A stretch of DNA of 63,722 nt, the filler included. It is 5 parts of 5 records of this genome, joined end to end, with 100 filler letters (N's around TTAATTAATTAA, not from the genome) between each part and the next. Parts side by side here need not be neighbours in the genome. Positions count along the whole stretch, not along the records: positions 1 to 24,400 come from DRR378314_2521; 4 more parts are not named here. One strand, written 5' to 3'. A program made the position numbers and the translations under genes. Below, piece by piece: positions 1 to 10,145 of this stretch. Every line of letters starts with the position of its first letter. The stretch's first letter is position 1. Below the pieces are notes generated by a model. The model had not been told where the DNA came from and made no database searches. It worked only from the letters and a program-made list of their open reading frames with translations.

Positions 1-75
1 CATTGAATAATCAATGTAGGCAGATTTCATTTCATCTTCAATGTTAATCGGAATTAATTTTTCTCCTTCTGCCAT
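1..75 (-). CDS. gyrA: DNA gyrase subunit A, N-terminal fragment (runs off the window start)
   Basis: Reverse strand from ATG at 75 reads MAEGEKLIPINIEDEMKSAYIDYSM, the typical Bacteroidota GyrA N-terminus. Absent from the ORF track. Confidence 0.9.
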   Translation of the reverse strand, partial: MAEGEKLIPINIEDEMKSAYIDYSM

Positions 76-332
76 TTAAAATCTTCTATTTATTTTTAGT
101 TAAAAAAGCAGGACAATATACGTAAAATCGATACTATACAAGTACTTAGGACATACTTTTGTGAAGAATTTATTAACACTTCAAATATGAGGTTGGCATA
201 TCTATTTGATTGTTAATTTTTTTGCAAATAATGGCTTATTTCGTCAAATCGACCACCTTTAACGAATATTAGGTATAGTATTTGCCATAGATTGATATAG
301 ATTTACTATTTTTAAAGTTGAAAGGATATTTT

Positions 333-2885
333 ATGGACGACAATTTTTCCCCTAGAGTAAAAGATGTTATTGCTTACAGTAAGGAAGAGGCCTTAAGATT
401 AGGCCACGACTTCATTGGAACCGAGCATTTAATGCTGGGATTACTGCGGGACGGTAATGGAAAAGCAATAAGCATTTTAGACGCATTGGACGTGGACTTG
501 GATCACTTGAGAAGAAAAGTGGAGATATTAAGTCCCGCCAATCCAAATGCTGGCGCTGCACAAAAGGACAAAAAGAACCTGCATCTGACCAGACAGGCGG
601 AGCGTGCACTGAAAACAACATTTTTGGAAGCTAAATTATTTCAAAGCTCCTCTATCAATACGGCCCATTTATTACTATGTATTTTACGTAATGAAAACGA
701 CCCTACGACAAAATTATTACATAAATTAAAAGTGGACTATGACGGAGTAAAAGACCAGTTTAAATCAATGATAACAAGTGATGATGATTATATAGACTCT
801 CCTACCTCGGAATCCTTTCCCAGTGATTCTGATGAGCCCAGTGAGGAAAAGGAAGGCACTTTTGGCACTTCCGGTACCGGGCAAAAGGGAAGCAAAAAAT
901 CAAAAACCCCCGTATTGGACAATTTTGGTCGCGACCTGACCAAAATGGCAGAAGAAAACAAATTGGATCCCGTTGTGGGCCGTGAAAAGGAAATTGAAAG
1001 GGTTTCCCAAATTCTTAGCAGAAGAAAAAAGAACAATCCTCTGCTGATAGGAGAGCCAGGTGTTGGTAAAAGTGCCATTGCCGAAGGCCTAGCCCTGAGG
1101 ATAATCAACAAGAAAGTTTCCAGAATCCTTTACAATAAAAGGGTAGTAACCTTAGATTTGGCTTCTTTGGTAGCCGGTACCAAATACCGTGGCCAGTTTG
1201 AAGAGCGAATGAAGGCGGTTATGAACGAACTGGAAAAAAACGACGATGTTATCCTGTTCATAGATGAGATCCACACTATAGTTGGGGCCGGTGGCGCTAC
1301 AGGCAGTTTGGATGCTTCCAATATGTTTAAGCCAGCACTGGCCAGAGGTGAAATTCAATGTATAGGAGCCACTACATTGGACGAGTACAGACAATATATA
1401 GAAAAAGATGGCGCTCTGGAAAGACGGTTTCAAAAGGTAATCGTAGAGCCTACCACTGTAACCGAGACCATTGAGATCTTAAAAAATATCAAAGGCAAAT
1501 ACGAGGATCACCATAACGTTATATACACCGATGAGGCCATAATTGCCTGTGTAAAACTTACCAACAGGTATATGACGGACAGGTATTTACCGGACAAGGC
1601 CATTGATGCCCTGGACGAGGCAGGTTCTCGAGTTCACATCGTTAATATGGATGTTCCAAAACAAATTTTGGAACTGGAAAAACAGTTGGAAGACGTTCGT
1701 GAACTAAAAAATACGGTCGTTAAAAAACAGAAATACGAGGAAGCCGCCAAACTAAGGGACGATGAAAAACGAATAGAGAAAGATTTGGCCATTGCCCAAG
1801 AACGATGGGAGGAAGACAGTAAGCTCCACAAAGAAACAGTTACTGAAGACAATGTTGCGGACGTGGTCTCCATGATGAGCGGTATTCCCGTAAACAGGAT
1901 TGCACAAACAGAAAGCAACAAACTGGCCGAATTGCCAAAACTGATCAAGAGCAATGTAATTGGTCAGGACGAAGCAGTTGCCAAAGTTGCCAAAGCAATC
2001 CAACGTAACCGGGCCGGTCTAAAAGATCCGAACAAACCTATTGGTTCCTTCATCTTTTTAGGGCAGACAGGGGTAGGTAAAACACAACTTGCCAAAATAC
2101 TGGCCAAGGAGTTATTCGATTCAGAGGACGCCTTGATCAGAGTGGATATGAGTGAATATATGGAGAAATTTGCCATATCAAGACTTGTTGGCGCACCTCC
2201 AGGATATGTCGGGTACGAAGAAGGCGGACAGTTGACCGAAAAGGTACGCCGTAAGCCCTATTCCGTTATTCTGTTGGACGAAATTGAAAAGGCACATCCA
2301 GATGTATTCAATATGCTTCTACAAGTGCTTGATGATGGTTATTTAACGGATAGTCTTGGTAGAAAGATCGATTTCAGAAATACGATCATCATAATGACCT
2401 CCAACATTGGAGCAAGACAGTTAAAGGATTTTGGCCAAGGAGTTGGCTTTGGAACTTCCGCAAAAAAGGCACAGGCAGACACCCATCAAAAAAGTGTTAT
2501 CGAAAACGCCCTAAAGAAGGCCTTTGCTCCGGAATTCTTAAACAGAATAGACGACGTTGTTGTATTTAACGCTCTGGAACGTGAAGATATCCATAGGATA
2601 ATCGATATTGAGCTGAAGAAACTATACCTCAGGATCAAGGATATTGGATATGATTTGCAGCTAACAGATAAGGCCAAGGATTATATCGCCGAAAAAGGCT
2701 TTGACAAACAATACGGTGCCAGGCCACTTAAGAGAGCAATTCAAAAATATATTGAGGATGCTCTGGCGGAAGAAATCGTAAATTCCAAATTGGAGGAAGG
2801 CGATACTATTCATATGGATCTTGACGAGGCCAAGGAAGAGCTCACCATTAAGATCAAAAAAGCAGAAAAGTCGTCCAAAACCTAA
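333..2885 (+). CDS. clpC: ATP-dependent Clp protease ATP-binding subunit ClpC
   Basis: Clp N-domain repeats, two AAA+ modules (GEPGVGKS, GQTGVGKT) and UVR coiled coil (YEEAAKLRD). ATG at 333 (MDDNFSPRVK) preferred over TTG at 318. Confidence 0.95.
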   Translation: MDDNFSPRVKDVIAYSKEEALRLGHDFIGTEHLMLGLLRDGNGKAISILDALDVDLDHLRRKVEILSPANPNAGAAQKDKKNLHLTRQAERALKTTFLEAKLFQSSSINTAHLLLCILRNENDPTTKLLHKLKVDYDGVKDQFKSMITSDDDYIDSPTSESFPSDSDEPSEEKEGTFGTSGTGQKGSKKSKTPVLDNFGRDLTKMAEENKLDPVVGREKEIERVSQILSRRKKNNPLLIGEPGVGKSAIAEGLALRIINKKVSRILYNKRVVTLDLASLVAGTKYRGQFEERMKAVMNELEKNDDVILFIDEIHTIVGAGGATGSLDASNMFKPALARGEIQCIGATTLDEYRQYIEKDGALERRFQKVIVEPTTVTETIEILKNIKGKYEDHHNVIYTDEAIIACVKLTNRYMTDRYLPDKAIDALDEAGSRVHIVNMDVPKQILELEKQLEDVRELKNTVVKKQKYEEAAKLRDDEKRIEKDLAIAQERWEEDSKLHKETVTEDNVADVVSMMSGIPVNRIAQTESNKLAELPKLIKSNVIGQDEAVAKVAKAIQRNRAGLKDPNKPIGSFIFLGQTGVGKTQLAKILAKELFDSEDALIRVDMSEYMEKFAISRLVGAPPGYVGYEEGGQLTEKVRRKPYSVILLDEIEKAHPDVFNMLLQVLDDGYLTDSLGRKIDFRNTIIIMTSNIGARQLKDFGQGVGFGTSAKKAQADTHQKSVIENALKKAFAPEFLNRIDDVVVFNALEREDIHRIIDIELKKLYLRIKDIGYDLQLTDKAKDYIAEKGFDKQYGARPLKRAIQKYIEDALAEEIVNSKLEEGDTIHMDLDEAKEELTIKIKKAEKSSKT

Positions 2886-2907
2886 ATTGGATATCTATAA
2901 TTAACAC

Positions 2908-2941
2908 AAAAAAGGAGTAGCGTTTTGCTACTCCTTTTTTT
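2908..2941 (+). terminator. Rho-independent terminator after clpC
   Basis: AAAAAAGGAGTAGC-gtttt-GCTACTCC followed by a T run. Confidence 0.9.
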
Positions 2942-3090
2942 ATTTATTCCCCCAGGTTTGTAAGAAATAAAACACAGTAAGCCCATTTCCTCTCCACATA
3001 AACGATTAAAGTGTCTTTAATCTAATAATTTTTATAATAGTTGTACTTAATTCTACATTCGCTGCAGACACACTATATAAAATACGGAGA

Positions 3091-3501
3091 ATGAAAGTCG
3101 GACGACCCAAGAAGACTATTATCGTACGAGAATATCAACTGGACATTGGAAAAGTACAGGTATTTGACGATTACATGGTTTCTATTTTTGATGAAGGAAG
3201 CACCATAACCAAAGAAAGAGTATTTCAAATAATTGGTATTATGGAAATTCATTTCAGAAATAAAAATTTCGGTTACATAAGTTTAAGAAAGAACTCGTAT
3301 GCCATAGATCCAATGGTATACAATCAAATTAGGGAAATAGAGAATATTAAGGCTTTTGCAGTAGTTTCAATTAAAGAAATAGACATGCACAATTTTAATA
3401 TCGAGAGACTATTTTACAAGAAACCTATGAAATTCTTCATTGATCAGGACAATGCCCTTATGTGGGTAAAAAGACGTGTAAGAATATCCAACGCAGAATA
3501 G
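3091..3501 (+). CDS. Small flavobacterial hypothetical protein (possibly STAS/SpoIIAA-like)
   Basis: 136-aa ORF with FGYISLRKNSYAIDP and a C-terminal F...ALMWV pattern seen in such small proteins. Confidence 0.6.
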   Translation: MKVGRPKKTIIVREYQLDIGKVQVFDDYMVSIFDEGSTITKERVFQIIGIMEIHFRNKNFGYISLRKNSYAIDPMVYNQIREIENIKAFAVVSIKEIDMHNFNIERLFYKKPMKFFIDQDNALMWVKRRVRISNAE

Positions 3502-3546
3502 CATAATAAAGGTATGGTATTGTCATATTTGGCAAAAACATACCTT

Positions 3547-5091
3547 CTATTGCTCACTTTCACCAGTGGCAGCATCAGGTTCAGAAACTTGAAAAAGATC
3601 CAAATACGCCTTACCAATATTATCCAATATCCCACTGGCTATCAAGGCCTGAAAGCCACATTTCTCTACCGCAATATCAGCGGCTTTTCCATGGATGTAT
3701 ACCCCAAAAATAGCAGCATTTAATGCAGAATAACCCTGAGCGATCAAGCCCGTGATTATCCCTGTTAACACATCCCCGCTCCCCCCAGTGGCCATGCCTG
3801 GATTTCCCGTGGTGTTAACATAGCCCATATCCCTATAAACAGTAATGGTATTTGCCCCTTTTATAACTAAAATGCAATCGTATTTTTCAGAGAACTCCTT
3901 TGCTTTTTTCAACTTGTCAAAATCATCCGCCCATTTCCCAATTATACGCTCCAACTCCTTTGGGTGCGGAGTTAATACGGTTTGGGGAGGCATTACTTTG
4001 AACAAGTCCTGATTTTTGGAAAGTATGTTCAATCCGTCGGCGTCTATGACCAATGGCAGTTTATTCCCCTTGAGAAAATCAGAAAAAGCCTTAACTGTAG
4101 TTGCAGTTGCCCCCATTCCAACACCAATACCGATCACGCTGGGCAGCATATCAAAATCTATTTTGGAAATTTCCACTTCTTCATTATCCGTGAGTACCAT
4201 GGCTTCCGGCAATGCCGTCTGCAATGGCAAATACCCACACTTTGGGACAAAGGCCGTAACCAATCCGCTTCCTGCCAACATACTTCCTTTTGCAGCCAAA
4301 ACAACGGCCCCGATCTTTCCGTAACTTCCTCCAACTATTAAGGAATGGCCGTAGCTGCCCTTATGCGAATACTTCTCCCGAGGAATGTACATGGACAGCA
4401 CTTCGTCCTTACCTATCAACTCAAAATGTGATTTTAACTTAAACAAGAACTCTTGGTCCAAGCCAATATCCAGAACCTCCCAATGATCCACATATTTACC
4501 CGTTTCGGGAAGAAAAAAAACAAGTTTTGGCACTTGAAAAGTAAGCACGTAATTGGCTTTTATTACCCCCTCTGTATTGGGCAGACCAGCTTCCATAAAA
4601 AGTCCGGAAGGCATATCTATAGACAGAATAAAGGCCTTGGAGTTGTTAAGGTGCTGCATAAGCCCAATCACCCATTCATCAGGAACCCTGTTCAGTCCTA
4701 TCCCAAAAATTGCATCCACAATAATATCATCTTTTCCAATATCGGGCAATTCCGATTCTTCATTTAAAAAATTGGGCCAGACACCTTTCTCTTTTAAACG
4801 ATCCAGATTTATTAAAAAATCCTTGGACCTGTGTTCGCTATAGTTAACAACAAATACCTCGATATTATAATCATGATCCTGCAAATGTCTGGCAAGTACC
4901 AGCCCATCCCCGCCATTGTTGCCTATACCACAGAACAAATGAATTTTGGCCTGGGCACCCTGCATTCTAGAATGCATCCAATTAAAAATCTGAATTGCAG
5001 CCCGCTCCATAAGCTGTTCACTGGTAATCTGCTGCTTATCTATTGTGAATTTGTCAGCTTCGTATATCTGTTTGGCATTAAAAATCTTCAT
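3547..5091 (-). CDS. nnr: Bifunctional NAD(P)H-hydrate epimerase/dehydratase
   Basis: YjeF-N motifs (LMERAA, CGIGNNGGDG, DMPSG) plus carbohydrate-kinase domain motifs (HKGSYG, LTPHPKE, GNPGMATGGSGDVLTG). Confidence 0.95.
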   Translation of the reverse strand: MKIFNAKQIYEADKFTIDKQQITSEQLMERAAIQIFNWMHSRMQGAQAKIHLFCGIGNNGGDGLVLARHLQDHDYNIEVFVVNYSEHRSKDFLINLDRLKEKGVWPNFLNEESELPDIGKDDIIVDAIFGIGLNRVPDEWVIGLMQHLNNSKAFILSIDMPSGLFMEAGLPNTEGVIKANYVLTFQVPKLVFFLPETGKYVDHWEVLDIGLDQEFLFKLKSHFELIGKDEVLSMYIPREKYSHKGSYGHSLIVGGSYGKIGAVVLAAKGSMLAGSGLVTAFVPKCGYLPLQTALPEAMVLTDNEEVEISKIDFDMLPSVIGIGVGMGATATTVKAFSDFLKGNKLPLVIDADGLNILSKNQDLFKVMPPQTVLTPHPKELERIIGKWADDFDKLKKAKEFSEKYDCILVIKGANTITVYRDMGYVNTTGNPGMATGGSGDVLTGIITGLIAQGYSALNAAIFGVYIHGKAADIAVEKCGFQALIASGILDNIGKAYLDLFQVSEPDAATGESEQ

Positions 5092-5144
5092 TCAATAAGA
5101 TTATTTAGTAAAAATTGATGATTTAGTAAAAATCCGTCAAAACA

Positions 5145-5175
5145 TTTGATTGGGTAATCAAAAATACTACATTTG
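5145..5175 (+). promoter_or_regulatory. Bacteroidota-type housekeeping promoter upstream of the thr leader
   Basis: TTTG (5145-5148), 19-nt spacer, TACATTTG (5168-5175); matches TTTG-N19-21-TAnnTTTG. Confidence 0.75.
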
Positions 5176-5188
5176 GTTCTTTATTCTT

Positions 5189-5290
5189 ATGATGACTTTT
5201 AACAATACGGACAATAATCTTCTTAATACACCATTTATAAATGGTTGCATTGCCATTACCGTTATCAGCACCACTACCCCATTGGGGTAA
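5189..5290 (+). CDS. Putative thr operon leader peptide (33 aa)
   Basis: MMTFNNTDNNLLNTPFINGCIAITVISTTTPLG*. Seven of codons 21-30 are Thr or Ile. Lies between a consensus promoter and thrA. Confidence 0.55.
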   Translation: MMTFNNTDNNLLNTPFINGCIAITVISTTTPLG

Positions 5291-5359
5291 GCTACTACAT
5301 ATACGTCTGTTACACAATTTTATCAAAATTCAATTTTTCTTATTTAATACCTTTGAACC

Positions 5360-7804
5360 ATGAAAGTTCTAAAATTCGGTGGTACTTCAGTGGCCAACGC
5401 CAATAATATAAGTTTAGTAAAAAATATAATTGCAGACCTTGGGTCCAACAAAAGCATTGTAGTAGTTTCCGCTCTTGGCGGAATTACAGATCTTCTTTTA
5501 AAGACGGCAGCTCTAGCTTCCGCACAGGATCAAACCTACAAAAACATCCTAAAGGAAATAGAGGATAGACACCTTATTACCATTAAGGAACTAATCCCTA
5601 TTCAATCCCAAAGTAAGGTGCTAAGTAAAGTAAAGAGTGAGCTTAACACCTTGGAAACACTTTTGGAAGGGGCATATTTAATTGGGGAAATTACACCGAA
5701 ACTATCGGACAAAATTGTTAGTTATGGAGAGTTGCTGTCTTCCTATATAATAAGCGAATATTTTATTGTTGAAGGAATAGATACCGTTCATGCCGATAGC
5801 AGACAGCTTATAAAAACAAACTCCAATTTTGGAAAAGCGGCCGTTAACTTTGATCTGACGAACAAAAATATTGCCGACTACGTCAACAACTGTAATAAAT
5901 CCGTAATTATTATGGGAGGCTTTATTGCTTCTGCCGTAAATGGAGATTCCACTACCTTGGGCCGTGGAGGATCGGACTATACTGCTGCCATTGTTGCAAA
6001 CGCCATAAATGCGGAAGTTCTGGAAATATGGACAGACGTAAGCGGCATGTATACTGCCAACCCTAAAATAGTAAAGCAGGCCATGGCCATTCCTCATATT
6101 TCTTATGAGGAAGCAATGGAACTATCCCATTTTGGTGCTAAGGTTCTTTATCCGCCTACGATACAACCGGTATTGACCAAAGGAATTTCCATAGTTATCA
6201 AAAACACCTTTGATCCAAATTCTCCTGGCACTTTGATTACCAAGAATAAAAATGGACAAGGGAAAACTGTACGGGGAATAAGCCATGTGGAAAATATTGC
6301 CCTAGTGTCCCTTGAAGGTCCAGGAATGGTAGGGATTACAGGGATTTCCAAGCGCTTTTTCGAAGTACTTTCAACTGCTGGCATCAGTGTTGTTATGATT
6401 ACCCAGGCATCGTCCGAACATTCTATCTGTATAGGAATAGACAATCAGGATGCGGACCATGCGGTTCAAGTTATCAATGATGCCTTTGACATAGAAATTT
6501 CACTCGGAAAAATAAAACCGGTAGTTGCAGAGAAAGATTTGGCCATCATTGCCCTGGTCGGAGACAACATGAAAAGTCATCAAGGTCTTAGCGGAAAAAT
6601 GTTCAGCACCCTAGGTAAGAACAACGTTAATATCCGTGCTATAGCCCAAGGAGCTTCTGAACGTAACATATCTGCCGTAATCCTCAAAGAGGATGTAAAA
6701 AAGGCACTCAATACCTTACATGAGGAATTTTTTGAGGAAAATATAAAACAGCTGAATCTGTTTGTCATGGGAGTCGGTAATGTTGGGGCCAAGTTCTTGA
6801 ACCAAATACAATCACAAAAAAAGTATTTAAAGGAGAAACTAAAACTTAATATCAGGGTTATCGGGATGTCCAATTCCAGAACTATGATATTCGATGAAGA
6901 CGGTATAGCCCTTAAGAACTGGGAAGAATTGCTAAACAAGGGAGAAAAGACCAATCTAGACCTATTCTTCCAAAAGGTAAAAAAACTGAATTACCGAAAT
7001 AGCATCTTTGTAGACAATACCGCCAGTCAGAAGGTTTCGGAAACTTATAATTCATATTTAAGGAATAGTATTTCCGTTGTTACCTGCAATAAAATAGCCT
7101 GTTCATCTGACTATGACAATTATCAGGAGTTAAAAGATCTGGCCAGACAGTACAACGCTCCCTTTCTTTTCGAAACAAATGTTGGTGCAGGCCTACCCAT
7201 TATAGACACTTTAAAGCACCTAGTAGCTTCGGGTGACAAAATATTAAAAATTCAAGCTGTACTTTCAGGCAGTCTAAATTTTGTATTCAACAATTTTAAT
7301 GACAGAACCACTTTCCACGATGTAGTAAAACAAGCTCAAGTGGAAGGATATACAGAGCCCGACCCCAAAATAGATTTGAGCGGGGTGGATGTAATGCGGA
7401 AAATATTGATCCTTGCCAGGGAAAGTGGTAACGTATTGAACATAGAGGACATCCAAAATAATTCTTTTCTACCTCAGGAAAGTTTGGAAACAACCAACAA
7501 TGAAGATTTCTTCAAATCGCTGACCAAGTATGAAGATTCGTTTCAGGAGATGTACAAAAAGGCGGTTGTGGAAGACAGCAAATTGAAATATGTGGCACAA
7601 TTCGAAAATGGAAAAGCCAGTGTGGGCCTACAACGGATACCTAAGGGACATGATTTCTATAATTTGGAAGGAAGTGATAATATTGTATTGTTCTATACAG
7701 AACGTTATCCCAACCAACCCATGATCATAAAAGGGGCCGGAGCCGGAGCTGATGTCACTGCCTCTGGTATCTTCGCAGATATTATACGCATCGGGAATTT
7801 TTAA
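5360..7804 (+). CDS. thrA: Bifunctional aspartate kinase/homoserine dehydrogenase I
   Basis: KFGGTSVA, LGRGGSDYTA, ACT domains, HSDH motifs GVGNVG and FETNVGAGLP. Confidence 0.97.
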   Translation: MKVLKFGGTSVANANNISLVKNIIADLGSNKSIVVVSALGGITDLLLKTAALASAQDQTYKNILKEIEDRHLITIKELIPIQSQSKVLSKVKSELNTLETLLEGAYLIGEITPKLSDKIVSYGELLSSYIISEYFIVEGIDTVHADSRQLIKTNSNFGKAAVNFDLTNKNIADYVNNCNKSVIIMGGFIASAVNGDSTTLGRGGSDYTAAIVANAINAEVLEIWTDVSGMYTANPKIVKQAMAIPHISYEEAMELSHFGAKVLYPPTIQPVLTKGISIVIKNTFDPNSPGTLITKNKNGQGKTVRGISHVENIALVSLEGPGMVGITGISKRFFEVLSTAGISVVMITQASSEHSICIGIDNQDADHAVQVINDAFDIEISLGKIKPVVAEKDLAIIALVGDNMKSHQGLSGKMFSTLGKNNVNIRAIAQGASERNISAVILKEDVKKALNTLHEEFFEENIKQLNLFVMGVGNVGAKFLNQIQSQKKYLKEKLKLNIRVIGMSNSRTMIFDEDGIALKNWEELLNKGEKTNLDLFFQKVKKLNYRNSIFVDNTASQKVSETYNSYLRNSISVVTCNKIACSSDYDNYQELKDLARQYNAPFLFETNVGAGLPIIDTLKHLVASGDKILKIQAVLSGSLNFVFNNFNDRTTFHDVVKQAQVEGYTEPDPKIDLSGVDVMRKILILARESGNVLNIEDIQNNSFLPQESLETTNNEDFFKSLTKYEDSFQEMYKKAVVEDSKLKYVAQFENGKASVGLQRIPKGHDFYNLEGSDNIVLFYTERYPNQPMIIKGAGAGADVTASGIFADIIRIGNF

Positions 7805-7838
7805 AAGTGCGCCTAAGCCTGAAATTTATTTGATAAAA

Positions 7839-8771
7839 ATGAAAACTAACGAAATTAGAATTTTCTGTCCAGCTACCATAGCCAATGTTTCCTGTGGCTT
7901 TGATGTACTTGGTCTTGCTTTGGATTCTGTAGGCGATGAGATGGTGGTAAGGAAAACCAATGAAAAAGGAATAAAGATCACCAAGCTTACTGGACAGGAC
8001 CTGCCCACCGAGACCCTACAAAATGTTGCCGGGGTTGCCGGTTTGGCCTTGTTGGCGGAAAGTGACCATGTAGGTGGATTTGAGATCGAGATTTACAAGA
8101 AAATAAAAGCGGGCAGCGGTATAGGAAGTAGTGCAGCCAGTTCTACAGGAGCAGTATGGGCCATGAACCAATTATTGGGCAGTCCCTTTAGCAATCTAGA
8201 GTTGGTAAAATTTGCTATGGAAGGAGAACGATTGGCCAGCGGGGTTGCCCATGCGGACAATGTTGCTCCTGCCCTGTACGGAGGCTTTACCTTGGTACGC
8301 AGTTACCAACCTTTGGACATTGTAAAGATTCCGACCCCTCCAGAGTTATACGCAACGGTAATACACCCACAAATAGAAGTAAGGACTTCTGACTCCAGAC
8401 GAATCCTCAAAACCTCCATTTCCCTAGAAGACGGCATTAAGCAATGGGGAAATGTAGGTGGACTTATTGCCGGGCTTTTCACCAATGACTATGACCTGAT
8501 AGGTAGGTCCTTGGTAGACCATATCATAGAACCCATTAGATCCATTCTTATTCCCGGATTCGACAAGGTAAAGGAAGATGCCATTGGAGCAGGTGCCCTA
8601 GGCTGTGGAATTTCAGGTTCAGGCCCATCTATCTTTGCCCTAAGTAAGGGCAAGGAAAATGCACTTAAAGTGGGCGATGCCATGAGAAATGTCTACGAAA
8701 AAATAGGTGTCGACTATGACGTACATGTTTCGAAAATAAATACCCAAGGGATTAAAATATTGGAAGGATAA
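7839..8771 (+). CDS. thrB: Homoserine kinase
   Basis: PATIANVSCGFD, GSGIGSSAAS, HADNVAPA, ISGSGP. Start moved to ATG 7839. Confidence 0.95.
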   Translation: MKTNEIRIFCPATIANVSCGFDVLGLALDSVGDEMVVRKTNEKGIKITKLTGQDLPTETLQNVAGVAGLALLAESDHVGGFEIEIYKKIKAGSGIGSSAASSTGAVWAMNQLLGSPFSNLELVKFAMEGERLASGVAHADNVAPALYGGFTLVRSYQPLDIVKIPTPPELYATVIHPQIEVRTSDSRRILKTSISLEDGIKQWGNVGGLIAGLFTNDYDLIGRSLVDHIIEPIRSILIPGFDKVKEDAIGAGALGCGISGSGPSIFALSKGKENALKVGDAMRNVYEKIGVDYDVHVSKINTQGIKILEG

Positions 8772-8838
8772 TGTATTATGTCCTTCAATGCATTTTAGCG
8801 GAACTCAAAATTTACAACTCATTATAACATCAATAAAT

Positions 8839-10134
8839 ATGAACTTTTATAGCCTAAACCACCAAGCACCCAACGTATCTTTTAAAGATGCAGTTATAAA
8901 AGGAATTGCCCCTGATCGCGGGTTATATTTTCCGGAAATAATCAAGGCCCTGCCAAAGGATTTTTTCAACAAGATAGAAGATTACTCCGATCACGAAATT
9001 GCCTTCTTGGCCATACAACAATTTGTGGGCAAGGATATTCCAGAAGACGCTCTCAAAGAAATAATTGCCGATGTTTTGGATTTTGAATTCCCTCTTGTGG
9101 AAATTGAGGACGACGTGGCCGCATTGGAACTTTTTCATGGCCCTACCCTGGCCTTTAAGGATGTCGGGGCAAGATTTATGGCCAGATGTCTTGGCTATTT
9201 TTCATCTGAAAACACCAAGGATGTCACCGTATTGGTTGCTACTTCCGGAGATACCGGAGGCGCAGTAGCCAATGGCTTTCTCGGGGTGGATGGAGTTAAG
9301 GTTGTTATTCTATATCCTAGCGGAAAGGTGAGCGATATTCAGGAGAAACAGTTGACCACTTTGGGCAAGAACATTACTGCCCTGGAAGTTGAAGGTACAT
9401 TTGACGACTGCCAAAACATGGTAAAAACAGCTTTCCTGGACGAAGAGTTGATCCAAAACATGCAATTGACCTCTGCGAATAGTATCAATGTGGCCAGATG
9501 GCTCCCACAAATGTTTTATTTCCTGTTCGCATATAAAGAGATGAAGTCCAAGGGCAAGGATATTATATTTTCTGTCCCTAGTGGCAATTTCGGAAATATC
9601 TGTGCTGGTATTATGGCTCAAAGACTGGGTATGCCCTGCAATCATTTTATTGCCTCAACGAACGTCAATGACGTTGTTCCTCGTTATATGGATACAGGAG
9701 AATATGACCCAAAAGCTTCCATCGCCACTATTTCCAACGCTATGGATGTTGGTGATCCCAGTAATTTTATCAGGATAAGACATTTGTACAAAGACAATTT
9801 TGATGAGCTTTCCAAGAATATATCCTCTTATTCCTTTACAGATAATGAGACAAAAGAAGCCCTGTTAAAATTATACAACGACTTTACCTATGTGGCCGAT
9901 CCCCACGGTGCCGTTGGTTATTTGGGCTTAAAGAAGTACCAGGAAACCCATCCGGATACCTATGGCATTTTCTTAGAAACTGCTCACCCTGTCAAGTTTT
10001 TAGATGTAGTGGAGGACACTATTCGTGAAAACATCGATTTACCGGAAAGTATTGTAAAAGTAATGGGGAAAAAGAAAAAGTCGATCAAAATCTCCCAATA
10101 TAGCGAGCTGAAGGGCTATCTATTGGGTAAATAA
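8839..10134 (+). CDS. thrC: Threonine synthase
   Basis: ELFHGPTLAFKD (PLP lysine), ATSGDTG, VPSGNFGN. Start moved to ATG 8839. Confidence 0.95.
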   Translation: MNFYSLNHQAPNVSFKDAVIKGIAPDRGLYFPEIIKALPKDFFNKIEDYSDHEIAFLAIQQFVGKDIPEDALKEIIADVLDFEFPLVEIEDDVAALELFHGPTLAFKDVGARFMARCLGYFSSENTKDVTVLVATSGDTGGAVANGFLGVDGVKVVILYPSGKVSDIQEKQLTTLGKNITALEVEGTFDDCQNMVKTAFLDEELIQNMQLTSANSINVARWLPQMFYFLFAYKEMKSKGKDIIFSVPSGNFGNICAGIMAQRLGMPCNHFIASTNVNDVVPRYMDTGEYDPKASIATISNAMDVGDPSNFIRIRHLYKDNFDELSKNISSYSFTDNETKEALLKLYNDFTYVADPHGAVGYLGLKKYQETHPDTYGIFLETAHPVKFLDVVEDTIRENIDLPESIVKVMGKKKKSIKISQYSELKGYLLGK

Positions 10135-10145
10135 ACAGCTTTATC

